Virus record (IMG/VR): IMGVR_UViG_3300049173_000052
Coordinates: 509-64,508 of that record
Length of the DNA: 64,000 nucleotides
Source: a virus
Taxonomy: Duplodnaviria; Caudoviricetes
Direction: 5' to 3' (one strand)
Positions 53,121-61,365 of this stretch are shown here, in pieces (position 1 is the stretch's first letter; each line of letters begins with the position of its first letter). The translations under genes and the position numbers were made by a program. The notes beneath the pieces are model-generated. The model saw only the letters and a list, made by a program, of their open reading frames with translations, had not been told where the DNA came from and made no database searches.

Positions 53121-53659
53121 GCGCGCCGACTCCACCACCACACGCCGAGCGTTTCGCCCCGCATCGACTGGACGTTCCCGCCGAGTTCGGCGAGGACGGA
53201 GTCCATGTCGGCGGCGTCCCAGTGGTGCAGGTGCTCCTCATGCGGGTTGCCGTCGACTTCGCCTTGCGGCGCTTCGACGATGGGCAGGCTGACGAGGATG
53301 TTCCACGCCCCGGCCGCCTCCGCCTTGCGCAGGAGGTCGACGGCGTCGCCGCGGGCCATGTGTTCGAGGACGTCGCCGAAGATCACGAGGTCTCGGTGGA
53401 AGAGGTGCTCGGGTGCGACGCGGGCGTCGAGGTTGTGGATCTCGTCGTACATGGTCCGCGTCTTGGTGGACTTCAGCCCGTAGCGCCGGATGTACGGCTT
53501 GTGGATCTCGATCGCGGTCCACCAGATGCCCCGGTGGGCGGGCCGGAACAGCTTGGCGTAGGTGCCTTCACCAGGCCCGACGTCGCAGACGGTGTCGGGC
53601 TTGTGCTGCTCGAAGAGGCGGAGGGACCAGTCCTTGCCCTCGGCGATGCTGGTGGGCAT
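53117..53659 (-). CDS. Class I SAM-dependent methyltransferase (small-molecule/glycan type)
   Basis: DVGPGEG, AIE, DLVIFGDVLEHM; no DNA-MTase NPPY/PC motif. Confidence 0.85.
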   Translation of the reverse strand: MPTSIAEGKDWSLRLFEQHKPDTVCDVGPGEGTYAKLFRPAHRGIWWTAIEIHKPYIRRYGLKSTKTRTMYDEIHNLDARVAPEHLFHRDLVIFGDVLEHMARGDAVDLLRKAEAAGAWNILVSLPIVEAPQGEVDGNPHEEHLHHWDAADMDSVLAELGGNVQSMRGETLGVWWWSRRA

Positions 53660-53669
53660 GGCGGTCTCC

Positions 53670-53969
53670 CTAGTAGACGGTGATCGTTCCAGTGCGGTAC
53701 ACGGGCACCTCCGTGCCGGCGGCCCACGTCAGCCACACTCGGTACTCGCCCGGCTCCAACACGACCGCCCCACCCGATGGGCCCACCAGAATTCGCGCGT
53801 GCGGCACACTCCACTCCCCCGCCAGCCAATCCTCCACCGTCGGGTTCTCGCTCGACGAAGCGGGCAGGAAGGCGAACTTGGGTGGCGCCGCCGGATTGAC
53901 GGAGCTGCCAGCGGCTCGCGAGGTGGCGGTGACGCGGACGTACTCGGTGGATGTGGCTGCTATCTCCAC
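53670..53969 (-). CDS. Small Ig-like/BppU-like virion protein
   Basis: LVGP.GG...L.PGEYRVWL. Confidence 0.65.
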   Translation of the reverse strand: MEIAATSTEYVRVTATSRAAGSSVNPAAPPKFAFLPASSSENPTVEDWLAGEWSVPHARILVGPSGGAVVLEPGEYRVWLTWAAGTEVPVYRTGTITVY

Positions 53970-54799
53970 GGGATGCTCACCACCCATCCGGCCGAGGGTC
54001 TGCCGATGGTGAAGTCGACGTCGCTGAGGCTGCTGGTGCCCGTGGCGGTCGCTGTCGCGTCGGTGTCGAGGCTGCCGTTGCCGGTGGCGTAGTACACGGC
54101 GCTCGCTGCGGCGGCTGTGTCGATGTCGAGCTGGCCGGAGCCGGTGGCGACAGCGGTACGCTGCCCGCTGGCCGTCGCATTGGAGTCCATGGTGGCGTTG
54201 CCGGTGGCGGTGTGGACGGCGCCGTTGTTGAGCGTGTTGACCAGGTCGAATTCGGCGTAGTCGCCGGTTCCGGCGTCGCGATGGGCGGACATGTCGAGGG
54301 CGCACGTGTCGATGTTCGTCGCGATCCAGGCGGGGGTGGCGAGGGTGCGGCGGTTGGTCCAGGTGCTGCCGTCGGGCGACGTGTCCCAGTACAGGTTGGT
54401 GCCGTCTTCGCGCAGCCGCAGGAACGCGTGCGTGGTCGCGCTGTAGGTGAGGGTGACCGCGTTGTCGTCCCAGTAGTCCGTCTCGGACACCATTCGCAGG
54501 ACGTTGGTGACTTTGTTGACGCTGAAGCCAACGCGGGTGCCTTCGATGTTGCCTTGCACCATGACGGCCGCGTAGGCCTCGGCGGTGGCGCCGGCCGCCG
54601 ACGGGGTGGTGGGCATCTGCACGAAGAGGGTGGCCCCGGCGAGGGTCCACGCGTAGGCGGTCTGGCAGCCGGCGTATCCGGTGGTGCACGGGACGCGGGC
54701 CCGCCCGGCGGCGACCGCGGTACCGCCGTAGGAGTTGCCCCAGTTGGCGCCGAGCGTTCCGCTGTTGAAGTTGTCTACGAGGGTGGACAGGCTGGGCAT
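53960..54799 (-). CDS. Lectin-like beta-sandwich virion protein
   Basis: LRLREDGTNLYWDTSPDGSTWT; Ala/Thr-rich repeats. Confidence 0.65.
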   Translation of the reverse strand: MPSLSTLVDNFNSGTLGANWGNSYGGTAVAAGRARVPCTTGYAGCQTAYAWTLAGATLFVQMPTTPSAAGATAEAYAAVMVQGNIEGTRVGFSVNKVTNVLRMVSETDYWDDNAVTLTYSATTHAFLRLREDGTNLYWDTSPDGSTWTNRRTLATPAWIATNIDTCALDMSAHRDAGTGDYAEFDLVNTLNNGAVHTATGNATMDSNATASGQRTAVATGSGQLDIDTAAAASAVYYATGNGSLDTDATATATGTSSLSDVDFTIGRPSAGWVVSIPWR

Positions 54800-54812
54800 G
54801 CTGCTGTCCCCT

Positions 54813-55196
54813 CTACGACGCGGTGAACGTCCAGCCCCCGGCGGCGACCTTGAACTCGTCCCCGGCGGCGACGGTCTTCGGGGCGTCGAACGGACCGTAG
54901 GACCAGCGCACTGGTGTGCCCGCAGAGTCCCAGATCTCCCAGCCGACGACCGTGCAGGCCGGCATGCCGGTGAAACTCAGGTCGGCCGAGTTGGAGACGG
55001 AGCCGTTGACGGCGGCGGCGACGGTGATGTTCTTCCGCGCGTAGGAGCCGCCGGTGACCTCGGTGCCAGCGGCGGCGTCGGAGCCGGCTGCGGTGACGAG
55101 GGCCATCTTCAGTGGCAGCGTCGGCGCCGTGGTCGCCGTGCCGAACAGCCAGTCGACGGCCCGGTTCTCGGCGGTATTGGTGAGGTTGTCTGCCAT
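54813..55196 (-). CDS. Phage tail-fibre-type structural protein
   Basis: EVTGGSYAR...NSADLSF...VVGWEIWDS...KTVAAGD. Confidence 0.75.
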   Translation of the reverse strand: MADNLTNTAENRAVDWLFGTATTAPTLPLKMALVTAAGSDAAAGTEVTGGSYARKNITVAAAVNGSVSNSADLSFTGMPACTVVGWEIWDSAGTPVRWSYGPFDAPKTVAAGDEFKVAAGGWTFTAS

Positions 55197-55206
55197 GACA
55201 CCTCCG

Positions 55207-57204
55207 TTAGTCGTAGCGGTAGATGTCGGAGACGGGCAGGACCTTGAGGCCGCGGGCCGCGATCCCGTCCATGATCGAGTTGAAGTCCGCGACGCTGCAC
55301 TGGTTCGTGGTGGTCGCAGTGCCCGAGACGATCTCGTGGAACGTCAGGATGGTCCACGCCCCGGTCGACGCGGTCCGGTCCAGCGCTCCCCCGGCGGCGA
55401 GCATCGTCGTCGGGTTCGCCGGCGAGGCGCCACCAGCCATCGAGCCGATACCGGAGATGGACCGCATCCGGAACGGCTGCCCGGGCGGGTGCGTTTCGCT
55501 GGCGTTGTCGGCGCTCGCGATGCCGCGGCCGGTGGAGAAGTAGCGGGCCGTCAGCTGGTCGATCGGATCGCCGTCGGTGGTGGGCCCGAACCAGCCGCCC
55601 GGGTAGGCGTAGTGCTCCGAGGGGAAGCCGCGGGCGACCATCCAGGCCCGCAGCTGCCGAAGTTCGTCGAGGACGGCGGCCGTGGACAGCGTCGTGTATT
55701 TGGCGTTGTGGGCGGCCACCGTGTAGGCGTGTCCGGCGATGTCCCACCCGGCGTCCTGCATGGCCCGCAGGTTGCTGGTGGTGAGGTAGACGCCGCTGGT
55801 GTCGATGACGTCGGCGATCGTGTAGATCGTGCCCCGGTAGCCGAGCGCGTCCATCTTGGGCCGGGCCAGGGCGTACTGCGACGCGTAGCAGTCGTCGAAC
55901 GTGATCGACACGGCGCCGTTGGGGAAGGTGGCCACGGTGCCGTCGATGATCTCGACGGACTGCAAGTTCACGGTGGCCGGCGCGGAGCCGCCCTTGTCGA
56001 CGACCTGGAACGCCATATCCGTCAGACCGCTCGTCGTCGACGGAATGCCTGTGGAGCCGACGGTGAAAGTGCCGGTCGGCGACCTCACGCCGGACCACTG
56101 GAGGGTGACGGTCACCCACTCGCCCGACTGCACTTGGTTCTGCGCCGTCGTGGCGTGCGTGAACACCCGCCAGCTGTAGGAGTTGGCGAGCGACGACGTA
56201 CCCACCAGGAAGTTGATCTGGTTGATCCTGGAGACGTCCGCGACGCGAAAGACGAGCCGGATCGCCTTACCGGTCAGGTCGAACGCGGTCGCCCCGTACC
56301 GGCGGATGTTCGCGACCGCGCCCGTGCCCGTGGTCGTCATGGCGAACGACTGCGAGCCCCGGATGAACGTCGTCGTGTCGTTGACGTTCGACGACGCGAC
56401 GCCCGAGCCGGACGCCGTCCAGCCGTGCCCCGACGCGAAGATCTGCCGCCAGGCCGCCTCGCGGAACTTCGGCGCCCGGGTCCCGCGCGGGAACAGTGTG
56501 GGCGTGCGCGCATCCGTCGTGGACGGATCATCGCTGCGAAGCGCGATCGTCGGGCCAGCGCCGGCCGCACCGAGCGAAGGCTGCGGACCCTGCGGCCCGG
56601 TCTCGCCCTGGGGCCCTTCCGGCCCTTCTGGTCCGACCGAGCCGACAGGCCCCTGCTCGCCAGCAGGTCCAACGGGCCCTTCGGGACCTTCCGGCCCCGC
56701 CGGTCCAGCGGCTCCCGTTCCACCGGCGGGTCCGACGGCTCCCTGCTCACCCGCCGGCCCGATCAGCGAGGCGAGCCACTCGGTGACCGTCCCGGTGAAT
56801 CCCTCCTCGACAGCGACCTCGTAGGCGCTCATGCCGGGCGCCCCGACGCTGCCGCCACCGGGGGCCTGCGTGGGCACCAGATCATCGAGGTAGACCGTGG
56901 CCCCGTCAGCGCCTTGGATGTCGGCCCAGAAGCTGACCCGCTGCCCGCGCGACGGCTGTATGTCGACGTACCAGCGCCAGCCGTCCGGGCCAATCCCGGC
57001 AGCGTTGTTCGGGATCAGCTGGGCGGTGAACGCGCCGTCGACAATGTCGACTTTGCCGCCGCCGGGATAGACCGCGTGCCGGGCCGTGTCCGTCAGCACC
57101 GCCGACGGGGTCAGCACCACCTGCCCGCCGTAGCCGTCCCCCGCAACAGCGGAGGGCAGGGTGCCGGTGAGGGTGACCACGGGAGTGCCAGCGGGGAAGG
57201 CCAT
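55207..57204 (-). CDS. Collagen-repeat fibre protein with C-terminal CE4/NodB polysaccharide deacetylase
   Basis: GAGGAGG RBS; 20 consecutive G-X-Y triplets; ITFDD, GH, YAYPGG, ILTFH. Confidence 0.82.
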   Translation of the reverse strand: MAFPAGTPVVTLTGTLPSAVAGDGYGGQVVLTPSAVLTDTARHAVYPGGGKVDIVDGAFTAQLIPNNAAGIGPDGWRWYVDIQPSRGQRVSFWADIQGADGATVYLDDLVPTQAPGGGSVGAPGMSAYEVAVEEGFTGTVTEWLASLIGPAGEQGAVGPAGGTGAAGPAGPEGPEGPVGPAGEQGPVGSVGPEGPEGPQGETGPQGPQPSLGAAGAGPTIALRSDDPSTTDARTPTLFPRGTRAPKFREAAWRQIFASGHGWTASGSGVASSNVNDTTTFIRGSQSFAMTTTGTGAVANIRRYGATAFDLTGKAIRLVFRVADVSRINQINFLVGTSSLANSYSWRVFTHATTAQNQVQSGEWVTVTLQWSGVRSPTGTFTVGSTGIPSTTSGLTDMAFQVVDKGGSAPATVNLQSVEIIDGTVATFPNGAVSITFDDCYASQYALARPKMDALGYRGTIYTIADVIDTSGVYLTTSNLRAMQDAGWDIAGHAYTVAAHNAKYTTLSTAAVLDELRQLRAWMVARGFPSEHYAYPGGWFGPTTDGDPIDQLTARYFSTGRGIASADNASETHPPGQPFRMRSISGIGSMAGGASPANPTTMLAAGGALDRTASTGAWTILTFHEIVSGTATTTNQCSVADFNSIMDGIAARGLKVLPVSDIYRYD

Positions 57205-57260
57205 CGCCACCTCCTCGGTGAAGCCCCGCCGTCCGCGGGACCGCACGAACGACGGGACGA

Positions 57261-57503
57261 TCAGGCGGCCTTGGGTGCGCGCTGCGGCATGGGCCGGTAG
57301 GTCTTGGCGCGTTCCTTGATCTCGGGGAGGGCGTACATGGTCTTGTACTCGTGACCCTGGCCGGTAAGTTGCCCGTCGCCCTGGAAGCGGTGGATCTTCC
57401 CGCGCCGCGCCCACTGCCTGATGACCGGGCCGGGGACGCCGGTCGCTTCGGTCGCTTCGTGCTCGTAGACGAGGTCGTCGGGGTACAGCTCGGTCACGTC
57501 CAT
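57261..57503 (-). CDS. MerR-like HTH protein, possible late-gene regulator
   Basis: [21 protein letters not shown]...MYALPEI; first gene after a terminator. Confidence 0.7.
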   Translation of the reverse strand: MDVTELYPDDLVYEHEATEATGVPGPVIRQWARRGKIHRFQGDGQLTGQGHEYKTMYALPEIKERAKTYRPMPQRAPKAA

Positions 57504-57523
57504 GCGGCCTCCCCGGGGCATGC

Positions 57524-57552
57524 AAAAGGCCCCCGGCAGTAGCTGGGGGCCT
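57524..57552 (-). terminator. Intrinsic terminator ending the transfer operon
   Basis: 11-bp stem, 4-nt loop, followed by TTTT on the minus strand. Confidence 0.75.
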
Positions 57553-57615
57553 AAGAGGCTTGCGGGCACACGTGTCCTGCCCTGGGGGCACTGTGACATA
57601 CGGTGATCGTCGCGG

Positions 57616-57891
57616 TCAAGCGGCTGCCGGGATGCCCCAACTGCCGCCTCGGGTGGCCCGGAGCGCCTCTGACGCCTGCGTGTAGTCCATGAGCACCTCA
57701 CGGGCGAGCGAACCGCAGGCGGGCCCGACGATTCCGTGGCGGCCCATCATGTCGAGCAGGTGCTCACAGATCTCGAACGGCACGGACACGTTGTAGTCCC
57801 GCCGGAGGCGCCGACGGATCATGGACGGCGAGCCAAAGCGGGACTCGGTGACGAGCTTGGTGGCTGCGTAGAGCAGGTCGATGTGTGGCAT
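57616..57891 (-). CDS. Stand-alone FtsK gamma (winged-helix) domain protein
   Basis: DLLYAATKLVTESRFGSPSMIRRRLR...LLDMMGRHGIVGPACGSLAREVL matches the FtsK gamma pattern. Confidence 0.8.
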   Translation of the reverse strand: MPHIDLLYAATKLVTESRFGSPSMIRRRLRRDYNVSVPFEICEHLLDMMGRHGIVGPACGSLAREVLMDYTQASEALRATRGGSWGIPAAA

Positions 57892-58142
57892 CAGTGGACC
57901 TCCTGAGTTGTGAGGGTACGGACGTGTACGGGCATCGCCACTCCCCCGGCCTTCATCGCCCCTTCGAGCGCGGCCTGCGCTCCACTGTCCCGCCACGCCG
58001 CGGCGATATCGGCCCGGGCGAAGTGCAGCCGGAGCGTGCCGTCGTCGACGGTGGGGGTGGCGTGGGCGAGGAGCATGCCCGCCGCCTGACGACGGGTCGA
58101 CGTTGCTTCCAGCACCTGCGACCACCAGGCGGGGGCGGTCAT
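57891..58142 (-). CDS. Stand-alone domain resembling actinobacterial DnaX tau C-terminal region
   Basis: W..VLEA...RR....LL..A....DGTL.L.F.......SG....L; similarity recalled, not computed. Confidence 0.5.
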   Translation of the reverse strand: MTAPAWWSQVLEATSTRRQAAGMLLAHATPTVDDGTLRLHFARADIAAAWRDSGAQAALEGAMKAGGVAMPVHVRTLTTQEVH

Positions 58143-58351
58143 GCCGCCGCCTTCTCTCGGATGTCGGAGACGAGACCGCTCGCGTCGATATCCAGCTCGG
58201 TGCCGCAGTTGGGGCAGCTGTACTCGATGCCGCCGCCGACCTCCTTGGGGATCATGTCGTCGCCGCAGCAGATCGGGACGTCGTCGAGGTCGGTGTCGTC
58301 GGCTATGGATAGTTCGTAGCCGTAGCTGGTGGTGGGGCCGGTAGAGCACAT
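58139..58351 (-). CDS. Small zinc-ribbon protein
   Basis: PICCGDDM...CPNCG. Confidence 0.65.
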   Translation of the reverse strand: MCSTGPTTSYGYELSIADDTDLDDVPICCGDDMIPKEVGGGIEYSCPNCGTELDIDASGLVSDIREKAAA

Positions 58352-58360
58352 AGCGGTCTC

Positions 58361-58546
58361 CTAGTCGAGGTCGCGGGTGTCGTTGAAGATGTCGAGGTAC
58401 GAGGTGCCGTCGGCGGCAGTTAGACCGGCGAGGATGTCGAGGGCCGTCACTGCCGAGCCCCTGCTGTTGAGAAGGTCGTTGATCTCCTCGTCTGTGGCGG
58501 CGCGGCCTTCGGGGCTCTCGTCGTCGTGGATGGTCACGTCGGTCAT
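58361..58546 (-). CDS. Small acidic hypothetical protein
   Basis: 61 aa, GAGGAG RBS. Confidence 0.6.
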   Translation of the reverse strand: MTDVTIHDDESPEGRAATDEEINDLLNSRGSAVTALDILAGLTAADGTSYLDIFNDTRDLD

Positions 58547-58558
58547 ACAGTTCTCCTC

Positions 58559-59032
58559 CTACTGCTGGTTGTTGGTCTTGGCCCACACGCCGCGAGTGGT
58601 GGTCTGGACGTTGCGCTGGTCCTGGTAGACGGTGCCGGTGTAGGTCTGGTGGATCTCGGCGGGGACGGCTTCCTTCGCTCCGCGCAGGAGCCAGGCGAGG
58701 GCGAGGATGGGCACGGCGAGCGCGGCGGGGGCGGCGCAGATCATGCCGATGACGGTCGGATTGGCGTGCTCGGAAGCGACCACCACGGCGACCGCAATCA
58801 GGCCCGGGGGCACGGTGGCGAGGCTGCAGAACATGACGGCCCGGGCGGTCTCGGTCGTGCGCTGCGACATGGGCGGGATACCGGGCTGCGGGACGGGCGG
58901 GGCGTCTCCGTACCGCGGGAGCGGGGTCTGGTCGCGGTAGGAGGTGGCGAAGTCGGCGATGATCCGGCGCGCCTCAACGGCAGCCTCGGCGTCGGTCATT
59001 GCGGTGCGGGTCGGGTCGGTCTCGGCGGGCAT
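58559..59032 (-). CDS. Two-TM membrane protein (Spd-like by context)
   Basis: Pro-rich N-terminus, two TM helices, immediately after traB/clt. Confidence 0.7.
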   Translation of the reverse strand: MPAETDPTRTAMTDAEAAVEARRIIADFATSYRDQTPLPRYGDAPPVPQPGIPPMSQRTTETARAVMFCSLATVPPGLIAVAVVVASEHANPTVIGMICAAPAALAVPILALAWLLRGAKEAVPAEIHQTYTGTVYQDQRNVQTTTRGVWAKTNNQQ

Positions 59033-59080
59033 GGTGGGCTCCTGCGGGTGATCGTTTCGGGTGGCCTGGGGGCTGTTCGA

Positions 59081-59251
59081 CCCGTCCTGCCCCTCGTCCG
59101 AGGGTGCATTTGCGCTGGTCAGAGCTCGGCGAAGGCTCGTCGACGGGGGCTTTGAGCCCGTCCTGGCCGGACGGGGCTGCGGTGGCCAGGACGGGGGTTG
59201 GACTGGGTTCAAACTAGGTCAAAACAGGTCAGTGGACGGGGGTTGGACGGG
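59081..59251. repeat. clt-like locus with TRS-like GGACGGG(G) repeats
   Basis: GGACGGG at 59169, 59189, 59234, 59245; inverted at 59081 and 59157; variants at 59141 and 59200; 15-bp direct repeat GGACGGGGGTTGGAC at 59189 and 59234. Confidence 0.7.
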
Positions 59252-59253
59252 CC

Positions 59254-61356
59254 TCACAGGCCGATGTCGTACCGGTCCAGCACCGCGCGGCGGACCGCGG
59301 CGAGCGGGTAGACGGACACCTTGCTGCCGTTGACCTCCTGCCGCCGCTTCTCCTCATCGGTGCGCGGCACGAGCACGGCCAACCGGTCGGCGGTCACCGG
59401 GTGGCCGGCCGCAGCAAGCCCTTCGGTGACGCGGGCGGCGGGCAGCAGTTCCACGCCCTCCGGGTACAGGCCGAGCAGGGCGGCGAGGATCTCGCCGTCT
59501 TCCCCAGCGGCGCGCAGCCGGTCGAGCGGGCCGAGCGGCAGCGTCCCGGCTTCCTGCCGAAGCGTGTGGGCGCGGCCCATGATGGCGGCGACCTCGTCGT
59601 CGTCGTAGTAGTCGCCGCGGACCAGCTCTGGCTCGGCGCCTTCACCGTCCATGTAGATGCCCACGCCGCGCTGCGACTTGAGGATGTCCTGCGCGTTATG
59701 CCCGGCGGAGGCGTAGCCCTGACCGAGGATCGTGTCGGAGGCCTGCGGAGTGAGGCAGCGCATCGCCCAGCGGATGGACAGGATGTCGCGGATGCCGGTG
59801 GGCACGGAGTCGCTGTCGGGCTTCTGCGTGGCGGCGAGGCTGATGATGCCGAGCGCCCGGCCCTGCTGGACGATCAGCCGCAGCAGGCGCTCCATCTCCT
59901 GCCGGGTCTTCTGGTCGGCGGCGGCACCGTAGGACGACCATTCGTCGACGAGGAGCACGGCCAGGCAGACCCGCGGGTCGACGGCGGCCATCGCTTCGGT
60001 CAGCTTGCGGGAGCCGTGCTCCTTGGCCAGGGCGCGCCGTTCCTTGATCTCGACGTCCCACATGTACTGCAGGATGTCGAGGAGCTTGTCGGGGTCGCCG
60101 TCGGTGTCGAACATGGTGGCGATCGGCTCGAACGGGGTGATGTCGGCGCCGGCCTTGCCGTCGGCGAGGTACATGCGCACCGTGGGGTCGAGGGCGGCGG
60201 CGAGCAGCAGGTCGTTCGCCGCGGCTGACTTACCGGAGCCGGGCTCGCCGCCGAACAGTCCGGACCGCTCAACCCACGAGGTGACGACTTCCTCGCCGCG
60301 CAGGTTGACGCCCATCCGGATGGGCTGCCACAGGTTCACCTTCTCGGCGTCGAGCAGCGGGCCCCGGGTCGGCTTGGTGGAGAACGGCAGCTTCAGCGAC
60401 ACCCGCAGGTGGATGGTGTCCTCGCGGTCGCCGCGCGCCTGGTGGACCTGCTGCACGGACACGCCGAAGCCGTTGGCGATGCCCTCGCGCGCCCCGAGCG
60501 CCTTCTTGGCGGGGGTGCCGGACGGCAGCTGGAACACGACCTGCCAGGCCTTGCCGTCGGCGGTGAGCGTGCACGGGGTGCTGAGGCGCAGGGTGTCGTC
60601 GGCGGCGATGACGCGGGCGTCACGGTAGACGCGGTTGACCATGTCGTCGGTCATCCGGTCCCCGTCGCCGATCTTCGCGTCGCGGTCGGTGTACAGCTCG
60701 CCCGCGGTGGTGCGCCGGCCAATCAGAGCGAACGTGGCCAGGGTCGCCGCGGTGGCCGCGAGCCCGCCGGGGGCACCGAGCAGGTGCAGCCCGGCCCCCT
60801 CAACGCCGGCGATCGGAGCCAGGGCCGCCATGCCGCGCACGGCCCGCCGCATGCGGGCATCCCGCTGCGCCGACCGGTACTTGCTCATCGCGGAGGCGGA
60901 GTCGGCGAACGCGCCTTCCATCTCCCGGCGGCGCTTCTCCTTCTCCTTGCCGGGCATGAGCCGCCGGTCGTGCGCCCACTTCGCGGCCTTGTAGTCGCGC
61001 TGCGTCTGCTGCAGCTCGTGCCGGGCGGCAGTCACCTGAGCGCCCTCGGTGCCCTGCACCCACAGGGCGGTGCGCCAGATGCCGCGACCGATCTGGGAGG
61101 CGTGCCCGTGCTCGGTGGCCTGCCGGCGCAGCCACTTGCGGAAGCCACGCATCGTGTTGACGCGGCCCACCGCAGCCCGGCTCTTCCAGCCGCCGCGGGT
61201 CTTCGTCCAGGCGGGGGTGAGGGGGGTGTCGCCCATCAGGTCGACGGACGTCGTCTGCTTCTCGACGGGCGCCTCACCGGGGGCGTTCAGGTACCCGCCG
61301 ACGATGCGCTCCCACTCCGGGTCGGGGGTGCTGCTGGGGGTCGTCTCGATGCTCAT
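59254..61356 (-). CDS. traB: FtsK/SpoIIIE-family DNA translocase, TraB/TraSA-like
   Basis: TM segment, Walker A GGEPGSGKS, DGK, Walker B LLVDEWSS, ATQKP; Spd-like neighbours. Confidence 0.88.
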   Translation of the reverse strand: MSIETTPSSTPDPEWERIVGGYLNAPGEAPVEKQTTSVDLMGDTPLTPAWTKTRGGWKSRAAVGRVNTMRGFRKWLRRQATEHGHASQIGRGIWRTALWVQGTEGAQVTAARHELQQTQRDYKAAKWAHDRRLMPGKEKEKRRREMEGAFADSASAMSKYRSAQRDARMRRAVRGMAALAPIAGVEGAGLHLLGAPGGLAATAATLATFALIGRRTTAGELYTDRDAKIGDGDRMTDDMVNRVYRDARVIAADDTLRLSTPCTLTADGKAWQVVFQLPSGTPAKKALGAREGIANGFGVSVQQVHQARGDREDTIHLRVSLKLPFSTKPTRGPLLDAEKVNLWQPIRMGVNLRGEEVVTSWVERSGLFGGEPGSGKSAAANDLLLAAALDPTVRMYLADGKAGADITPFEPIATMFDTDGDPDKLLDILQYMWDVEIKERRALAKEHGSRKLTEAMAAVDPRVCLAVLLVDEWSSYGAAADQKTRQEMERLLRLIVQQGRALGIISLAATQKPDSDSVPTGIRDILSIRWAMRCLTPQASDTILGQGYASAGHNAQDILKSQRGVGIYMDGEGAEPELVRGDYYDDDEVAAIMGRAHTLRQEAGTLPLGPLDRLRAAGEDGEILAALLGLYPEGVELLPAARVTEGLAAAGHPVTADRLAVLVPRTDEEKRRQEVNGSKVSVYPLAAVRRAVLDRYDIGL

Positions 61357-61365
61357 GACGGGTCC

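Noticed and set aside
53117-53659. Second DNA methyltransferase
   Set aside because: Lacks (D/N)PPY and PC catalytic motifs; size and GDVLEH motif fit small-molecule or glycan methyltransferases.
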